Source: Deltaproteobacteria bacterium
GTDB lineage: Bacteria; Desulfobacterota; Binatia; UTPRO1
Direction of reading: 5' to 3'
Length of the DNA stretch: 64,000 nucleotides
Assembly: GCA_029262315.1 (NCBI GenBank)
Contig: JAJCZP010000168.1
Coordinates: 10,825 to 74,824, forward strand
This document shows, piece after piece, positions 18,814 through 29,685 of the stretch (positions are counted from its first letter, which is position 1; each line of letters starts with the position of its first letter). A program made the translations under genes and the position numbers. The notes beneath the pieces were generated by a model. The model saw only the letters and a program-made list of their open reading frames with translations. It was not told the origin of the DNA and did no database searches.

Positions 18814-18869
18814 GCAAGAAGCTTGCCAGTCGTCGGCTCTGCGCGACCATACGGCAGACCGCATGCCAG
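18814..18869 (-). promoter_or_regulatory. two tandem sigma54 -24/-12-like boxes
   Basis: CTGGCATGCGGTCTGC (18854-18869) and CTGGCAAGCTTCTTGC (18814-18829), both with GG-N10-GC spacing. Confidence 0.5.
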
Positions 18870-19207
18870 CCCGCCATGCACCTCCCGTCCCGGGACGGAC
18901 CAGCAACCGTCGGTGTGCTGCTCGAGGACGAAACCTGGAGAGAAACCGACCGAGAAACGCCGCGATAGGGGCAGCGCGCACGGGTGCGGGACGCACTGAC
19001 ACAACGCCCCCCGCGCCGCCGCGCGACCGCCGGCAGGCGACGTACTCCACGCCACGATCAGCCGCATCACTTTGCTCGCGCGCACGACCGGCATCCTGGT
19101 AACACCAGTGCCGCGATGTGGCGCCTCGAAACGCGCTCCTGAGCCAGCCTTTACAGATCCGGCCACCTTGCGTATACGCGCCGGATTCCAACGGAGGTCG
19201 ACCACGC

Positions 19208-20077
19208 ATGCCCATCGAACTCAAGAAGGTACTCGGAGCCAAGCTCCCGCCCATGGACTTCTCCTGGGACCAGGACCGCCTCATGCTCTATGCACTCGGC
19301 GCAGGCGTCGGCATCGACGCCGATCCGACCACGCCCGGCGTGCTGCAGTACACCTACGAGGACGAGAATCTCAAGGCGCTCCCAACCTTCGGCGTCGTGC
19401 CGAGCTTCGCCGCCCTCATGAACCTGATGAGCGTCGATGGCCTCTCATTCAATCCGATGATGCTGCTGCATGGCGAGCAGTATCTCGAGATCCTGGCACG
19501 CCCGATTCCAACGAGCGCCACCGTGCGAAGCGAAGGCTCGATCAAGGCGATCTACGACAAAGGCAAAGGAGCACTCCTGGTGATCGAGGTCACGACGACC
19601 ACGACCGACGGGGCACCGCTATTCCGGAACGAATACGGCATCTTTCTTCGTGGCGAGGGCGGCTTCGGAGGTGAACAGGGACCGGCGGCCGGTCATCTTC
19701 CGCCCGATCGCGCCCCCGATGCGGTCGTCGAAACCCCGACGGTGGCACATCAGGCGCTCCTCTACCGTCTGTCCGGCGACAAGAACCCGCTCCATGCCGA
19801 CCCGAGCTTTGCGGCGCTTGGCGGCTTCGACCGCCCGATTCTGCACGGCCTCTGCACGTTCGCCAACGTCGCGCGAGCGGCGATTCAAGCATTCGCCGAC
19901 AACGACCCCACACGCTTCCGATCGATCCGCGTGCGCTTCGTCCGACCGGTCATGCCGGGGGAGACGATCGTCACCGAAATGTGGGACATGGGCGGCGGCG
20001 AGATCGTCCTACGCGCCAAGACCAAGCCGAACGACACTGTCGTCATCTCGAACGCGCAAGTGGTCCTCGACGCATGA
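19208..20077 (+). CDS. MaoC-like double hot-dog (R)-enoyl-CoA hydratase (hydratase 2)
   Basis: LYALGAG, LLHGEQ, YRLSGDKNPLHADP, PILHGLCT. Confidence 0.9.
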   Translation: MPIELKKVLGAKLPPMDFSWDQDRLMLYALGAGVGIDADPTTPGVLQYTYEDENLKALPTFGVVPSFAALMNLMSVDGLSFNPMMLLHGEQYLEILARPIPTSATVRSEGSIKAIYDKGKGALLVIEVTTTTTDGAPLFRNEYGIFLRGEGGFGGEQGPAAGHLPPDRAPDAVVETPTVAHQALLYRLSGDKNPLHADPSFAALGGFDRPILHGLCTFANVARAAIQAFADNDPTRFRSIRVRFVRPVMPGETIVTEMWDMGGGEIVLRAKTKPNDTVVISNAQVVLDA

Positions 20078-20105
20078 GCCGTGAATCAACCGCGCCTCGG
20101 CGATG

Positions 20106-20411
20106 TCAATCCGCGAGCGTAACCTCAGCGACGGGGACGACCACGTTCGGAGGCTCGTTCGAGAGCAGCACGTACAGCCCGAGCCCAAGAATCGCGCTCG
20201 TCAGCACGAGCGCCGTAACGCCCGCGGCACGCGTCACGCCCTCGTGGCGTGGAGCATGAACCCTCAGCGGTAAGATCCAGAGACGGCATCGGGGACAGCG
20301 GCGGTTGACGGGATCGATGCGTTGCCCGCATCCCGGGCACTCCCCGGGAAGCTTTCGCGTTTCCTCGGACGCGACTGTGACGGCGACACGCACCTGAGAG
20401 GATGATTTCAC
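20106..20411 (-). CDS. small zinc-ribbon membrane protein
   Basis: GTG start after GGAGG; CPGC..CPRC followed by a transmembrane segment (GVTALVLTSAILGLGLYVLL). Confidence 0.55.
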   Translation of the reverse strand: MKSSSQVRVAVTVASEETRKLPGECPGCGQRIDPVNRRCPRCRLWILPLRVHAPRHEGVTRAAGVTALVLTSAILGLGLYVLLSNEPPNVVVPVAEVTLAD

Positions 20412-20576
20412 GGCACACCTCCAGGGCTTGGAGCCACGCGAACTGTAGTGCTTTCCGGCACCCCACGTCAAATTTTCCGGCGTTGACGCAACGCAGCGCA
20501 CCGTTGCCGTAGTCACACCTGCCCCGATTCGGGGCATGCTTGGTCCAGCCCGCGCGACTGTGCTTGAATACACGCG

Positions 20577-21095
20577 ATGGCGCCGCAGAAGCAGGGATCG
20601 AACCGGCAGGCAACACCGCAGCGCTCGCTGGGTTCCGCACATCTGCGGACGGTCTTCGAGGTGTCGGCGGGCGGAATCGTCTATCGCAAGAGCGACTCCG
20701 GTCTCGAGGTCTGTCTGATCTCGACGCGTGGCGGCACGCGCTGGCAACTCCCCAAGGGCCGACAGGAAGATGGCGAGTCACTGGGCCAAACCGCGGTCCG
20801 CGAGGTCGCCGAAGAAACCGGGCTCGAAGCGACCCTCGGACCGCCGCTCGATACGCTCGAACTCTGGTACACCTGGACGGAGAACGGCGAGCCCGTCCGC
20901 CACCACAAGCTGGTCCACCTTTTTCTCCTCACCTACGTCAGCGGGGACACGAGTAACCACGATGGCGAGGTCGATGATGCCGCGTGGTGCATACCGGCCG
21001 AGGCCTTGGCGCGCCTGACATTTCCCAGCGAGCGCCGCGTACTGAAGCGCGCCCTCGCGCTCCTCGACTTTCCGACCCCCAACGTCGGCGAGTAA
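20577..21095 (+). CDS. NUDIX hydrolase
   Basis: SAGGIV, WQLPKG and Nudix box GRQEDGESLGQTAVREVAEETG. Confidence 0.88.
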   Translation: MAPQKQGSNRQATPQRSLGSAHLRTVFEVSAGGIVYRKSDSGLEVCLISTRGGTRWQLPKGRQEDGESLGQTAVREVAEETGLEATLGPPLDTLELWYTWTENGEPVRHHKLVHLFLLTYVSGDTSNHDGEVDDAAWCIPAEALARLTFPSERRVLKRALALLDFPTPNVGE

Positions 21096-21099
21096 GCGC

Positions 21100-22380
21100 T
21101 CAGCGCGACGGCGCGATGACCGTCTGCTCGCCGAAATACGGCCGCAGCACATCCGGAATCGCCACCGTACCATCGGCCTGCTGATACGTCTCGAGCACCC
21201 CGATGAGGACGCGCGGCAGGGCCAGCCCAGAACCGTTCATCGTGTGCACAAACGCCGGACGTTCGCCCGCGGCCGCACGATATCGGATGTTGGCCCGCCG
21301 CGCTTGAAAGTCCCGGAAGTTGGAGCACGAACTGACCTCGAGCCACTCGCCACAACCCGGCGCCCACAACTCCACGTCGTACTTCATGGCCGCCACGAAA
21401 CTGAGATCGCCAGTGCACATCTGAACGACGCGGTGAGGAATGCCCAAACGACGACAGACATCCTCGGCGTCGTCGAGAAGCGCGAGCAGCTCACCATCCG
21501 AGGTCGATGGCTCGACGAACTTCACCATTTCGACCTTGTCGAACTGGTGGCCGCGCTTGATGCCGCGCACGTCACGTCCCGCCGACATCTTCTCGCGCCG
21601 GAAGCACGGCGTGTACGCCACGTGCCGCACAGGCAATGAGCCTGGCTCGAGGATCTCGTCGCGGTACATATTGGTGACGGGGACCTCGGCCGTGGGAACG
21701 AACCAGTAGTCGTCCTCGGCGTCCCGATAGAGGTTGTCGCCGAACTTCGGAAGATTGCCGGTCCCGACCAAGCACTCGCGACGCACCATGACCGGCGGAT
21801 ACACCTCCGCATAGTCGTGTTCGCGTGTGTGGAGATCGAGCATCCAGCTGATCAACGCCCGCTGAAGCCGGGCGCCGTCGCCCCGGAGCACATAGAAACG
21901 CGACCCAGAGATCTTGGCACCGCGCTCGAAGTCGATGATGCCGAGGGCCTCACCGAGTTCCCAGTGGGGCTTCGGCGCAAAGTCGTACTCGCGCGGACTC
22001 CCGATCGTGCGGAGCACGATGTTCGCGTCCTCGTCGGGGCCGACCGGCACGTCGGGATGGGGCAGGTTCGGAATCTCGAGCATGCGGGTCTCGAAGCGTT
22101 CTTCGATCTCGGTCAGTGCCGACTCGGCCGCCGCGATGGCTTCGCCAACGCCATGCTGGGCGGCAATCGCCGCTTCGCGCTCCTTCGGATCCTTCAGCGC
22201 GCCGATACGCTTCGAGGCCTTCCCCCGTTCGGCCTTGAGCGACTCGACTTTCTGGATGGCCGCCCGCCGCTCCGTATCCAGCGCGAGCAGCCCATCGACC
22301 TCGGCGGTGTCCACGCCGACGGTCGCCAGACGCGCCTTCACCGAATCGGGCTGCTCGCGGATCAGCTTGATGTCGAGCAT
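21100..22380 (-). CDS. serS: serine--tRNA ligase
   Basis: [42 protein letters not shown]. Confidence 0.97.
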   Translation of the reverse strand: MLDIKLIREQPDSVKARLATVGVDTAEVDGLLALDTERRAAIQKVESLKAERGKASKRIGALKDPKEREAAIAAQHGVGEAIAAAESALTEIEERFETRMLEIPNLPHPDVPVGPDEDANIVLRTIGSPREYDFAPKPHWELGEALGIIDFERGAKISGSRFYVLRGDGARLQRALISWMLDLHTREHDYAEVYPPVMVRRECLVGTGNLPKFGDNLYRDAEDDYWFVPTAEVPVTNMYRDEILEPGSLPVRHVAYTPCFRREKMSAGRDVRGIKRGHQFDKVEMVKFVEPSTSDGELLALLDDAEDVCRRLGIPHRVVQMCTGDLSFVAAMKYDVELWAPGCGEWLEVSSCSNFRDFQARRANIRYRAAAGERPAFVHTMNGSGLALPRVLIGVLETYQQADGTVAIPDVLRPYFGEQTVIAPSR

Positions 22381-22482
22381 CGCCGCCTCGTAGCACGCGG
22401 CCCCGGAGGCATCAATTGAGCGGGCTGAACGGCAGCCCGCGCGCCCATGAAAGGCGGCACGGGGCTATCCCGGTGGCGCCGC

Positions 22483-22851
22483 TTAGTCCGCGCGGAACGC
22501 GTCGACGACGTGCGCGATCCCAACGACCGACCCACGCATGTCGATGGCGACCACGTCGAATCTGAGCCCCGCCGCCCGACGCGGATACTCCGCAAGGTAG
22601 TGCCGCGCGACCCGCAACACCTTGATCTGCTTCTGGCGCGTCACCGATTCGACGGCCTGCCCCGCGACCGCGCTCCGCCGGGTCCGCACCTCACAAAACA
22701 CGAGCACCGACCCGTCACGAAAGATGAGGTCGATCTCACCCCGCCGACAGCGATAGTTGCGTGAGACCACAACATGCCCGCGAGCCGCAATGAACGCCGC
22801 CGCCAGGTCCTCGCCAATTCTCCCCCAGCGCCGCCGCTCCTCCGTCACCAC
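22483..22851 (-). CDS. YraN family (UPF0102) putative endonuclease
   Basis: GRIGEDLAA, RNYRCRRGEIDLI, LVFCEVRTR, RFDVVAI. Confidence 0.9.
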   Translation of the reverse strand: MVTEERRRWGRIGEDLAAAFIAARGHVVVSRNYRCRRGEIDLIFRDGSVLVFCEVRTRRSAVAGQAVESVTRQKQIKVLRVARHYLAEYPRRAAGLRFDVVAIDMRGSVVGIAHVVDAFRAD

Positions 22852-22919
22852 CCCATAGTGAAGCAGACCACCACGCTGGTCCCAGCACTACGAGTAGGCC
22901 CCGCGCAAACGAGACGTTC

Positions 22920-23711
22920 CTACGCCAGCCCCAACATCTCGCTGATGCCGTAGCGGTGCCCAGCCGTCAGGCCGCCGTCGACGACGAGGGCATGCCCGAC
23001 GACGAACGAGGCATCGTCCGAGGCCAGGAACAGCACGGCGGAGGCGATCTCTTCGGAGCGCCCCAAACGCCCGAGCTGATGCGCATCGGCGATGCGCTCG
23101 CGCACCGGACCGAGATCGTTCTGGTCGAAGATGGACCGCAACAGCGGCGTATCGACGAAGCCCGGGCAGACGCAGTTCACGCGGATGCCGCGCCGCGCAT
23201 AGTCGATGGCGAGGTTTTTCGTCAGGACCACGACCCCGCCCTTCGAGGCGTTGTAGGCGCTGCCGCCTTCGGTTCCTTCGAGGCCCTCGATACTCGCGAT
23301 ATTGACGATGTTGCCGGCGCGGCGTTCGAGCATCCCCTCGACCGCGTACTTGCACATGAGGTACGTGCCTTTGAGATTGATGTCGACGACGCGGTCCCAC
23401 TCCTCGCTCGGCAACATGTGCACCGGCCCACCACCGCCGACGCCAGCGGCATTCACGAGGACATCGAGCCGACCGAAACGCTCCTCGACCGCGCGCACCG
23501 TGGCTTGAACGCCCTGCTCATCTCGAACATCACCGGCGCGATACAGCGACTCCGGCGCGTCCGCGACCAACGTTGCCCAGTTGGCGGGCTCCTCACTGAC
23601 GTCGAAGCCGGCGACACGAGCCCCCTCGCGCGCGAACCGTTCAACACACGCGGCGCCTATACCCGATGCGGCGCCCGTCACGAGTGCAACCTTGTTCTCC
23701 AAACGTCCCAT
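22920..23711 (-). CDS. short-chain dehydrogenase/reductase
   Basis: TGAASGIG, NAAG, YNASK, RVNCVCPG, VDGG. Confidence 0.93.
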   Translation of the reverse strand: MGRLENKVALVTGAASGIGAACVERFAREGARVAGFDVSEEPANWATLVADAPESLYRAGDVRDEQGVQATVRAVEERFGRLDVLVNAAGVGGGGPVHMLPSEEWDRVVDINLKGTYLMCKYAVEGMLERRAGNIVNIASIEGLEGTEGGSAYNASKGGVVVLTKNLAIDYARRGIRVNCVCPGFVDTPLLRSIFDQNDLGPVRERIADAHQLGRLGRSEEIASAVLFLASDDASFVVGHALVVDGGLTAGHRYGISEMLGLA

Positions 23712-23714
23712 GAC

Positions 23715-24605
23715 TCAGCTCCAGTGCCCGCGAACGAAGGTGCCGATCTTGGCGACCGCGTCGTCGGCCTCGGGGATGATCGGCGAGAAAGCGTGCCACA
23801 CGTGGATCATCTCGTCCCACGCTTCGAGCGTCACCGCGACGCCCGCCGCGCGCGCGCGTTCGGCAAGCCTGGTCGCATCATCGAGCAACACTTCGCGGCC
23901 GCCCACGTGGATGAGCAGCGGCGGGAGCCCCGCGAGTTCCGCGAATACCGGACTGGCAAGCGGCGTCGCCGGATCGGCGCCGTGGAGATACGCCTCGGCC
24001 ATCGGCGCCAGGGTCTCCCGACTGACCATGGGATCGCTCGCGGCCTTGCTGCTCATCGAGGGTGCCGTGAGGGTGAGATCGGTCCACGGCGAGATGCAGA
24101 CCGCCGCCGCCGGCAACGGGATACCGGCGTCGCGCAGCGCAACGAGCGCCGCCGCCGTCAATCCGCCCCCGGCCGAGTCCCCGGCAATGACGATCTTGCC
24201 TGGCGCGACGCCAGTCTCCAGCAGCCACCGATACGACGCCACGGCGTCGTCGACTGCCGCCGGATACGGGTGCTCCGGTCCAAGCCGATAGTCGACGGTC
24301 AGCCCCTGCGCATCGCAAGCACGCGCCAGACGGGCGACGAGCAGCCGGTGGGTGCGCGGCGATCCCAGCACGTAGCCGCCGCCGTGCAGGTACAGCACGA
24401 CATGGTCGACGCGCGTTGCCTCGGGCCGCACCCATTCGGCCGGCACGCCCCCGGCGTCGATCGCTTCGAGGCGCGCCCCCTCGGGGGGCGGAGCCGCCGC
24501 TGTCAACGTCTCGAAGTTCGCACGCATCTGCTCGATGCTCAGGGGCTCCGCGACAGTACCCGCCCCCAGCATCTCGATGACCGCCTGCACGCCTGCGTTT
24601 GCCAT
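23715..24605 (-). CDS. HSL-family esterase/lipase (alpha/beta hydrolase 3)
   Basis: HGGG, DYRL, GDSAGG, terminal HVW. Confidence 0.92.
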   Translation of the reverse strand: MANAGVQAVIEMLGAGTVAEPLSIEQMRANFETLTAAAPPPEGARLEAIDAGGVPAEWVRPEATRVDHVVLYLHGGGYVLGSPRTHRLLVARLARACDAQGLTVDYRLGPEHPYPAAVDDAVASYRWLLETGVAPGKIVIAGDSAGGGLTAAALVALRDAGIPLPAAAVCISPWTDLTLTAPSMSSKAASDPMVSRETLAPMAEAYLHGADPATPLASPVFAELAGLPPLLIHVGGREVLLDDATRLAERARAAGVAVTLEAWDEMIHVWHAFSPIIPEADDAVAKIGTFVRGHWS

Positions 24606-24709
24606 GACGCCCGCTCTACCAGCCTGTCCGAGCAGTGTCACACTGTGCCGGCACTTTCACTCCCAGGCCTCGGTGGCAGGCGCAGGCCGCAGTTGCTAGA
24701 CTCTGCGCC

Positions 24710-24997
24710 GTGAAGATTGGCCCCGACGATATCCGCACGGTGGCACGCCTCGCCCGCCTCAATCTCACCCCGGAAGAAGAGGCGAGCATGGTCACGACCC
24801 TCGATGCGATCCTGACCTACATGGAAACCCTGAACGCCCTCGATACTACCGACATCGAACCGACCGCGCATATCATCGACCTCGAAACCCCGTGGCGCGC
24901 TGACGAGGTCACGAACGAGGCCAACACCGAGGCGCTGCTCGCCAACGCCCCTGCGCGCGACGGCAACCACTTCCGCGTCCCCAAGATCATCGATTGA
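24710..24997 (+). CDS. gatC: Asp/Glu-tRNA amidotransferase subunit C
   Basis: [21 protein letters not shown]; directly upstream of gatA. Confidence 0.93.
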   Translation: MKIGPDDIRTVARLARLNLTPEEEASMVTTLDAILTYMETLNALDTTDIEPTAHIIDLETPWRADEVTNEANTEALLANAPARDGNHFRVPKIID

Positions 24998-25004
24998 TCC
25001 GCGC

Positions 25005-26489
25005 GTGACCACGCCCCTTCACGATCTCACGCTTGCCGAGGCCAGTGCGCGCCTGCGGGACGGCAGCGTCTCCTCGGAGGATCTGACCGAAGCGGCGCTC
25101 GCCCGCATCGCGGCCACGGATGAGACGTGGCACTCGTTCATCACCGTGAGCGCGGACGAAGCACGCGCAACCGCACGAGCGATCGACGCGCAACGGCAGT
25201 CCGGTGCGGCGGCTGGCGTCCTCGCCGGTATCCCGATCGCCGTGAAAGACGTCATCGCGACCGCGGGTATTCGAACGACCGCGGCCTCGAAGCTGCTGGA
25301 GGATTTCGTCCCCCCCTACGACGCCACGGTGACGACCCGCCTGAAGAACGCTGGGGCCGTCATCATCGGCAAGGCCAATTGTGACGAGTTCGCAATGGGA
25401 TCGTCCAACGAGAATTCCGCCTACGGCCCGACGCGCAATCCCTGGGACCCGACGCGTGTCCCCGGCGGCTCGTCGGGCGGCTCGGCGACCGCCATTGCCG
25501 GTCGGCAGGCGTACGGCAGCCTCGGCACAGATACTGGTGGATCCATCCGCCTCCCGGCGGCCTATTGCGGGGTGGTCGGCATGAAGCCGACCTACGGACG
25601 GGTCAGTCGCTACGGCGTCATCGCCTACGCCTCTTCACTCGATCAGGTCGGACCGTTCGGACGCACGGTCGAAGATTGCGCCCGCATGCTCGGCGTCATC
25701 GCCGGACACGATCCCCGCGATTCGACATCCGTCGACCGCCCCGTGCCCGATTATCACGCGGCGCTCGGCGGCGACGCCGCTGGCCTGCGCATCGGTGTCC
25801 CGAAGGAGTACTTCATCGACGGCATGCAGCCCGCCGTCGAGGGCGCGGTCCGTGCCGCCCTCGACACCCTGGGCGGCCTTGGAGCGACGACGAGCGACGT
25901 ATCGCTGCCCCATACCTCGTACGCTGTCGCCTGCTACTACATACTCGCGACCGCCGAAGCGAGCTCGAATCTCGGACGCTACGACGGTATCCGCTACGGC
26001 GCGCGCCAAGCCGCTGATGACGGACTCGCCAGCTTGTACCGCAATACTCGCGCGCTCGGTTTCGGGCCCGAGGTAAAGCGACGCATCATGCTGGGCACCT
26101 ACGCGCTTTCGGCCGGATACTACGACGCCTACTATCTGAAAGCACAGAAGGTCCGCACGCTCATCCGCCAAGATTTCGATCGCGTTTTCGCCGATGTCGA
26201 CGTGCTCGCGACGCCTGTCGCACCCACGACCGCATTTCGCCTCGCGGAAAAAACCTCCGATCCTCTCGCCATGTATCTCGTCGATGTGTTCACAAATCCA
26301 GCGAGTCTGGCGGGCCTTCCGGCCATCGTCGTCCCGTGTGGGCGCGACGAGGCAGGCATGCCGATCGGTCTTCAGCTGATCGGCCCTCCGTTCGGCGAGG
26401 AACTCGTGTTGCGCGCTGCCCACGCTTTCGAACAAGCGACGTCCTGGCATCGAGAGCGCCCCCCGGAGCCGGCAGGAGCAGCGGCATGA
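25005..26489 (+). CDS. gatA: Asp/Glu-tRNA amidotransferase subunit A
   Basis: Amidase signature [41 protein letters not shown]. Confidence 0.97.
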   Translation: MTTPLHDLTLAEASARLRDGSVSSEDLTEAALARIAATDETWHSFITVSADEARATARAIDAQRQSGAAAGVLAGIPIAVKDVIATAGIRTTAASKLLEDFVPPYDATVTTRLKNAGAVIIGKANCDEFAMGSSNENSAYGPTRNPWDPTRVPGGSSGGSATAIAGRQAYGSLGTDTGGSIRLPAAYCGVVGMKPTYGRVSRYGVIAYASSLDQVGPFGRTVEDCARMLGVIAGHDPRDSTSVDRPVPDYHAALGGDAAGLRIGVPKEYFIDGMQPAVEGAVRAALDTLGGLGATTSDVSLPHTSYAVACYYILATAEASSNLGRYDGIRYGARQAADDGLASLYRNTRALGFGPEVKRRIMLGTYALSAGYYDAYYLKAQKVRTLIRQDFDRVFADVDVLATPVAPTTAFRLAEKTSDPLAMYLVDVFTNPASLAGLPAIVVPCGRDEAGMPIGLQLIGPPFGEELVLRAAHAFEQATSWHRERPPEPAGAAA

Positions 26490-27943
26490 ATCCCGATCTC
26501 GATCGCTATGAGGGCGTCATCGGGCTCGAGGTGCATGCCGAGATGCTCACCGCCTCGAAGATCTTCTGCGGTTGCTCGGCGGCGTTCGGCGCACCACCAA
26601 ACGACAACACCTGCCCCGTGTGTCTCGGGATGCCGGGTGTGCTCCCCGTCCTGAACCGCCGCGTGGTCGAGTTCGCCGTGCGTGCCGGGCTGGCGATCGA
26701 CTGCCGCATCGCCCGCCGCAATCGCTGGGCACGCAAGAACTACTTCTACCCCGACCTCTGCAAGGGCTATCAGATCAGCCAGTTCGAGTTACCGATCTGC
26801 GAAGGCGGCTACCTCGACATCCATGTCGACGAAACGACCAAACGGGTCCATCTGACCCGCATTCACATGGAAGAGGACACCGGCAAGAACATCCACGACG
26901 CGCACGGCGACTCGAGCCTGGTCGACTTCAATCGCTCGGGCGTCCCCTTGCTCGAGATCGTGAGCGAGCCCGAGATGTCCTCGCCTGCCGAAGCCGGAGC
27001 GTACCTCCGGAAGCTCCGCACGTTGGTCCAGTATCTCGGGATCTGCGACGGCAACATGGAAGAAGGGAGCTTCCGCTGCGACGCCAACGTCTCGGTCCGC
27101 CTGCGCGGCGCGACCGAGCTCGGCGTCAAAGTCGAGGTCAAGAACATGAACTCGTTTCGCGCCGTGGAGAAAGCGATCGCGTTCGAGCTCGAGCGTCAGG
27201 CCGACACGCTCGATGACGGCGGCCACCTGGTTCAGGAGACACGCCTGTGGGACGCCGACCGGGAAGAGACGCGCTCGATGCGCAGCAAGGAGTCGGCACA
27301 CGACTACCGATACTTCCCGGATCCCGACCTGCCGCCCATCATTCTGTCCGAGGACTTCATCGAGACTATACGGCGCGCGTTGCCCGAGCTTCCCGATGCC
27401 CGCCGCGAGCGGTTCGTGTCGGCGTTCGGCCTCCCCGCGTACGACGCAGAGGTCCTGACCTCACGGCGCGATCTGGCCGAGTACTTCGAAGCCGTCGTCG
27501 CCGCACATGGGAACGCGAAGGCCGCAAGCAATTGGATCATGGGCGACATCATTCGGCTGATCCACGAACGCAAGCTCGACGATGCCCCGATCATCACCGA
27601 CTGGCCGGTTCCCGCCGCGAACCTGGCTGCCCTGATCGCCCTCATCGACGAAGGCACCATCAGCGGCAAGATCGCCAAGACCGTCTTCGAGGAGATGCTA
27701 ACGAGCGACGAATCACCGCGTGCCATCGTCGAACGCAAGGGCCTGGTCCAGATGTCCGACGAGAGTGCGATCCAGGCGGTCATCGACGAGGTCCTTGCCG
27801 CCAGCCCCGACAAGGTCGCGGAATATCGTGGCGGCAAGGAAAAACTGCAGGGGTTCTTCGTCGGCCAGGTGATGAAGGCCACAGGCGGCAAGGCCAACCC
27901 GCCCCTGGTCAACAAGCTGCTGATGGCAAAGCTCAAGGCGTAG
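26486..27943 (+). CDS. gatB: Asp/Glu-tRNA amidotransferase subunit B
   Basis: [40 protein letters not shown]. Confidence 0.97.
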   Translation: MNPDLDRYEGVIGLEVHAEMLTASKIFCGCSAAFGAPPNDNTCPVCLGMPGVLPVLNRRVVEFAVRAGLAIDCRIARRNRWARKNYFYPDLCKGYQISQFELPICEGGYLDIHVDETTKRVHLTRIHMEEDTGKNIHDAHGDSSLVDFNRSGVPLLEIVSEPEMSSPAEAGAYLRKLRTLVQYLGICDGNMEEGSFRCDANVSVRLRGATELGVKVEVKNMNSFRAVEKAIAFELERQADTLDDGGHLVQETRLWDADREETRSMRSKESAHDYRYFPDPDLPPIILSEDFIETIRRALPELPDARRERFVSAFGLPAYDAEVLTSRRDLAEYFEAVVAAHGNAKAASNWIMGDIIRLIHERKLDDAPIITDWPVPAANLAALIALIDEGTISGKIAKTVFEEMLTSDESPRAIVERKGLVQMSDESAIQAVIDEVLAASPDKVAEYRGGKEKLQGFFVGQVMKATGGKANPPLVNKLLMAKLKA

Positions 27944-27990
27944 CCGCCGGAACTTGACCCGTCGCCCTGAAGGCGCCAGAACCCAGGAAC

Positions 27991-28908
27991 ATGCGGATCG
28001 GATCGGAAGAGCACCTGACGCTTCTGTGTCGCGAGTTCATCGATTCTCACCTGGAGTTCGATCCCAACGGCTTGCCATGGCCGGCTCTCGGCGAGGACGA
28101 TGTCGCCAAGCTCCGCGCGCTCCCCTTTTGGGACGAGGCCGTCCGGACCGAGCGGCGGACGGGCGCCAAGATCACCGCCTACGCGCCGGAGGAGTCACCG
28201 GCCCTCCTCCGTGAAGCCGTGGCGCTGCAGGGCTTCGAGGAGACGCGCCACGCCGGATTGCTCGACGCGCTGATCTCCCACTACGGCATCGTGGTCGACC
28301 CGGGACCAGAGCAGCCGCTGCCGACGAATCTCCAGGCGGCGTTCATCCGCACCGGATACGGAGAGTGTATCGACTCGTTCTTCGCCTTCGGGCTTTTCGC
28401 CATGGCCGAGGATCTCGAGTTTCTGCCGCGTCCACTGCTCGCGCTCCTCGAGCCGATCGTGCACGAGGAAGTCCGACACATCCTCTTCCTCGTGAACTGG
28501 GTCGCCTACAAACGGCGCCAGGAACCGCTGCCTCTGCGCCCGCTACACGTGGCGCGATGTGTCGGCGCGTTCGCCGGCGCCGCCTACGACCGCGCCCGTT
28601 CAGCCGGGAACGTCGCCGGGGGCGTGAGCGGCACCTCGAAGGACGGATTTACGGCCAGCGGCGCTAGCGCGATCGCAGGCGACTTCTCCCTCACCGGCTT
28701 CGTCGGTCGCTGCCTCGCAGAAAACGAGCGTCGATTCGCGGCGTACGACCCGCGACTGCTCCGCCCCCGCCTCGTACCGACCGCGGCACGGAGCTTCCTG
28801 GTGCTCGCCAACCTCCAGGCCAAAGCACGATCGGCGCTCCGACCCGGGGCACCGAGTCCGCCCCGAAGCGATCATCCGACCCACGATTCCAGCAGCAACG
28901 CCGCCTAG
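27991..28908 (+). CDS. ferritin-like di-iron domain protein
   Basis: Two EExRH motifs (EETRH, EEVRH) and GYGECIDSFFAFGLF. Confidence 0.8.
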   Translation: MRIGSEEHLTLLCREFIDSHLEFDPNGLPWPALGEDDVAKLRALPFWDEAVRTERRTGAKITAYAPEESPALLREAVALQGFEETRHAGLLDALISHYGIVVDPGPEQPLPTNLQAAFIRTGYGECIDSFFAFGLFAMAEDLEFLPRPLLALLEPIVHEEVRHILFLVNWVAYKRRQEPLPLRPLHVARCVGAFAGAAYDRARSAGNVAGGVSGTSKDGFTASGASAIAGDFSLTGFVGRCLAENERRFAAYDPRLLRPRLVPTAARSFLVLANLQAKARSALRPGAPSPPRSDHPTHDSSSNAA

Positions 28909-29141
28909 GAACACGCGTTTTCCAGCGCGGTAGAAGTAGCGTTCCCCACGCGTCGCGGGGTAACGGCACCGCGCACCACAAGCGGCGGCCCCTACGCACC
29001 ACGTCGCCCCGCAAGCGTGGAGCCGCACCAGAACCGCGACTCAGTGACCGTGTGGCACGTGGCCGATGCCGAAGTGCAGAAAAGGCAGGCTCGCCAAGGC
29101 GAGTCCGAGAAGTGTCGCCAGCGTCCATGCCGCAGCGGATC

Positions 29142-29549
29142 TCACGCCGCGCTCTTCTCGCTCCGCGCGAGGAGTCCCAGCAGGACGATCAGGAACCCGG
29201 TCGTCCCATAGACCGGTCCGGCATCTATCGCCCATTGGCCGGGAGGAAAGAGACCTCGCACCGTATCGAGTACGTGGATCAGTGCATGCGCGGTGTTGAA
29301 CACCGTCACCACGACAAGAAGCGGAAAGCGGAACGCAGGACGACGTGCACCCCAGGCCAGGGCCGCGCCGAGGGTCGAGAAGGTGGCGCCGATGTCGCGA
29401 ACGAAGTGCTCGTTCAGCGGCCCCGAACCAGGCACGCCAGGGAACGCGTGATACCAACCAGCCGGGTCGACCAGCATCCACAGCCCAATGGCCAGATTGC
29501 CAACCGCTCCGATCGCGAAGATCAGCCCCCATCGGCGCTCGTTCAGCAT
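29142..29549 (-). CDS. hypothetical four-TM membrane protein
   Basis: Hydrophobic helices; NEHFVRDIG motif. Confidence 0.7.
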   Translation of the reverse strand: MLNERRWGLIFAIGAVGNLAIGLWMLVDPAGWYHAFPGVPGSGPLNEHFVRDIGATFSTLGAALAWGARRPAFRFPLLVVVTVFNTAHALIHVLDTVRGLFPPGQWAIDAGPVYGTTGFLIVLLGLLARSEKSAA

Positions 29550-29685
29550 CGACGAACTGTAGCGAAGCCGCTCGGCAATCGGAACCCTCCACGCCTCCGG
29601 GAGCGACCACCTGGATGGCGCGGATGCGCCGTCTTGCCAGGCCGGCGATCGGCAAACAAGCGCTACTCGCAGACGTAAAAGGAAA

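Noticed and set aside
22956-24713. 585-aa plus-strand ORF
   Set aside because: Antisense to the well-supported SDR and esterase genes.
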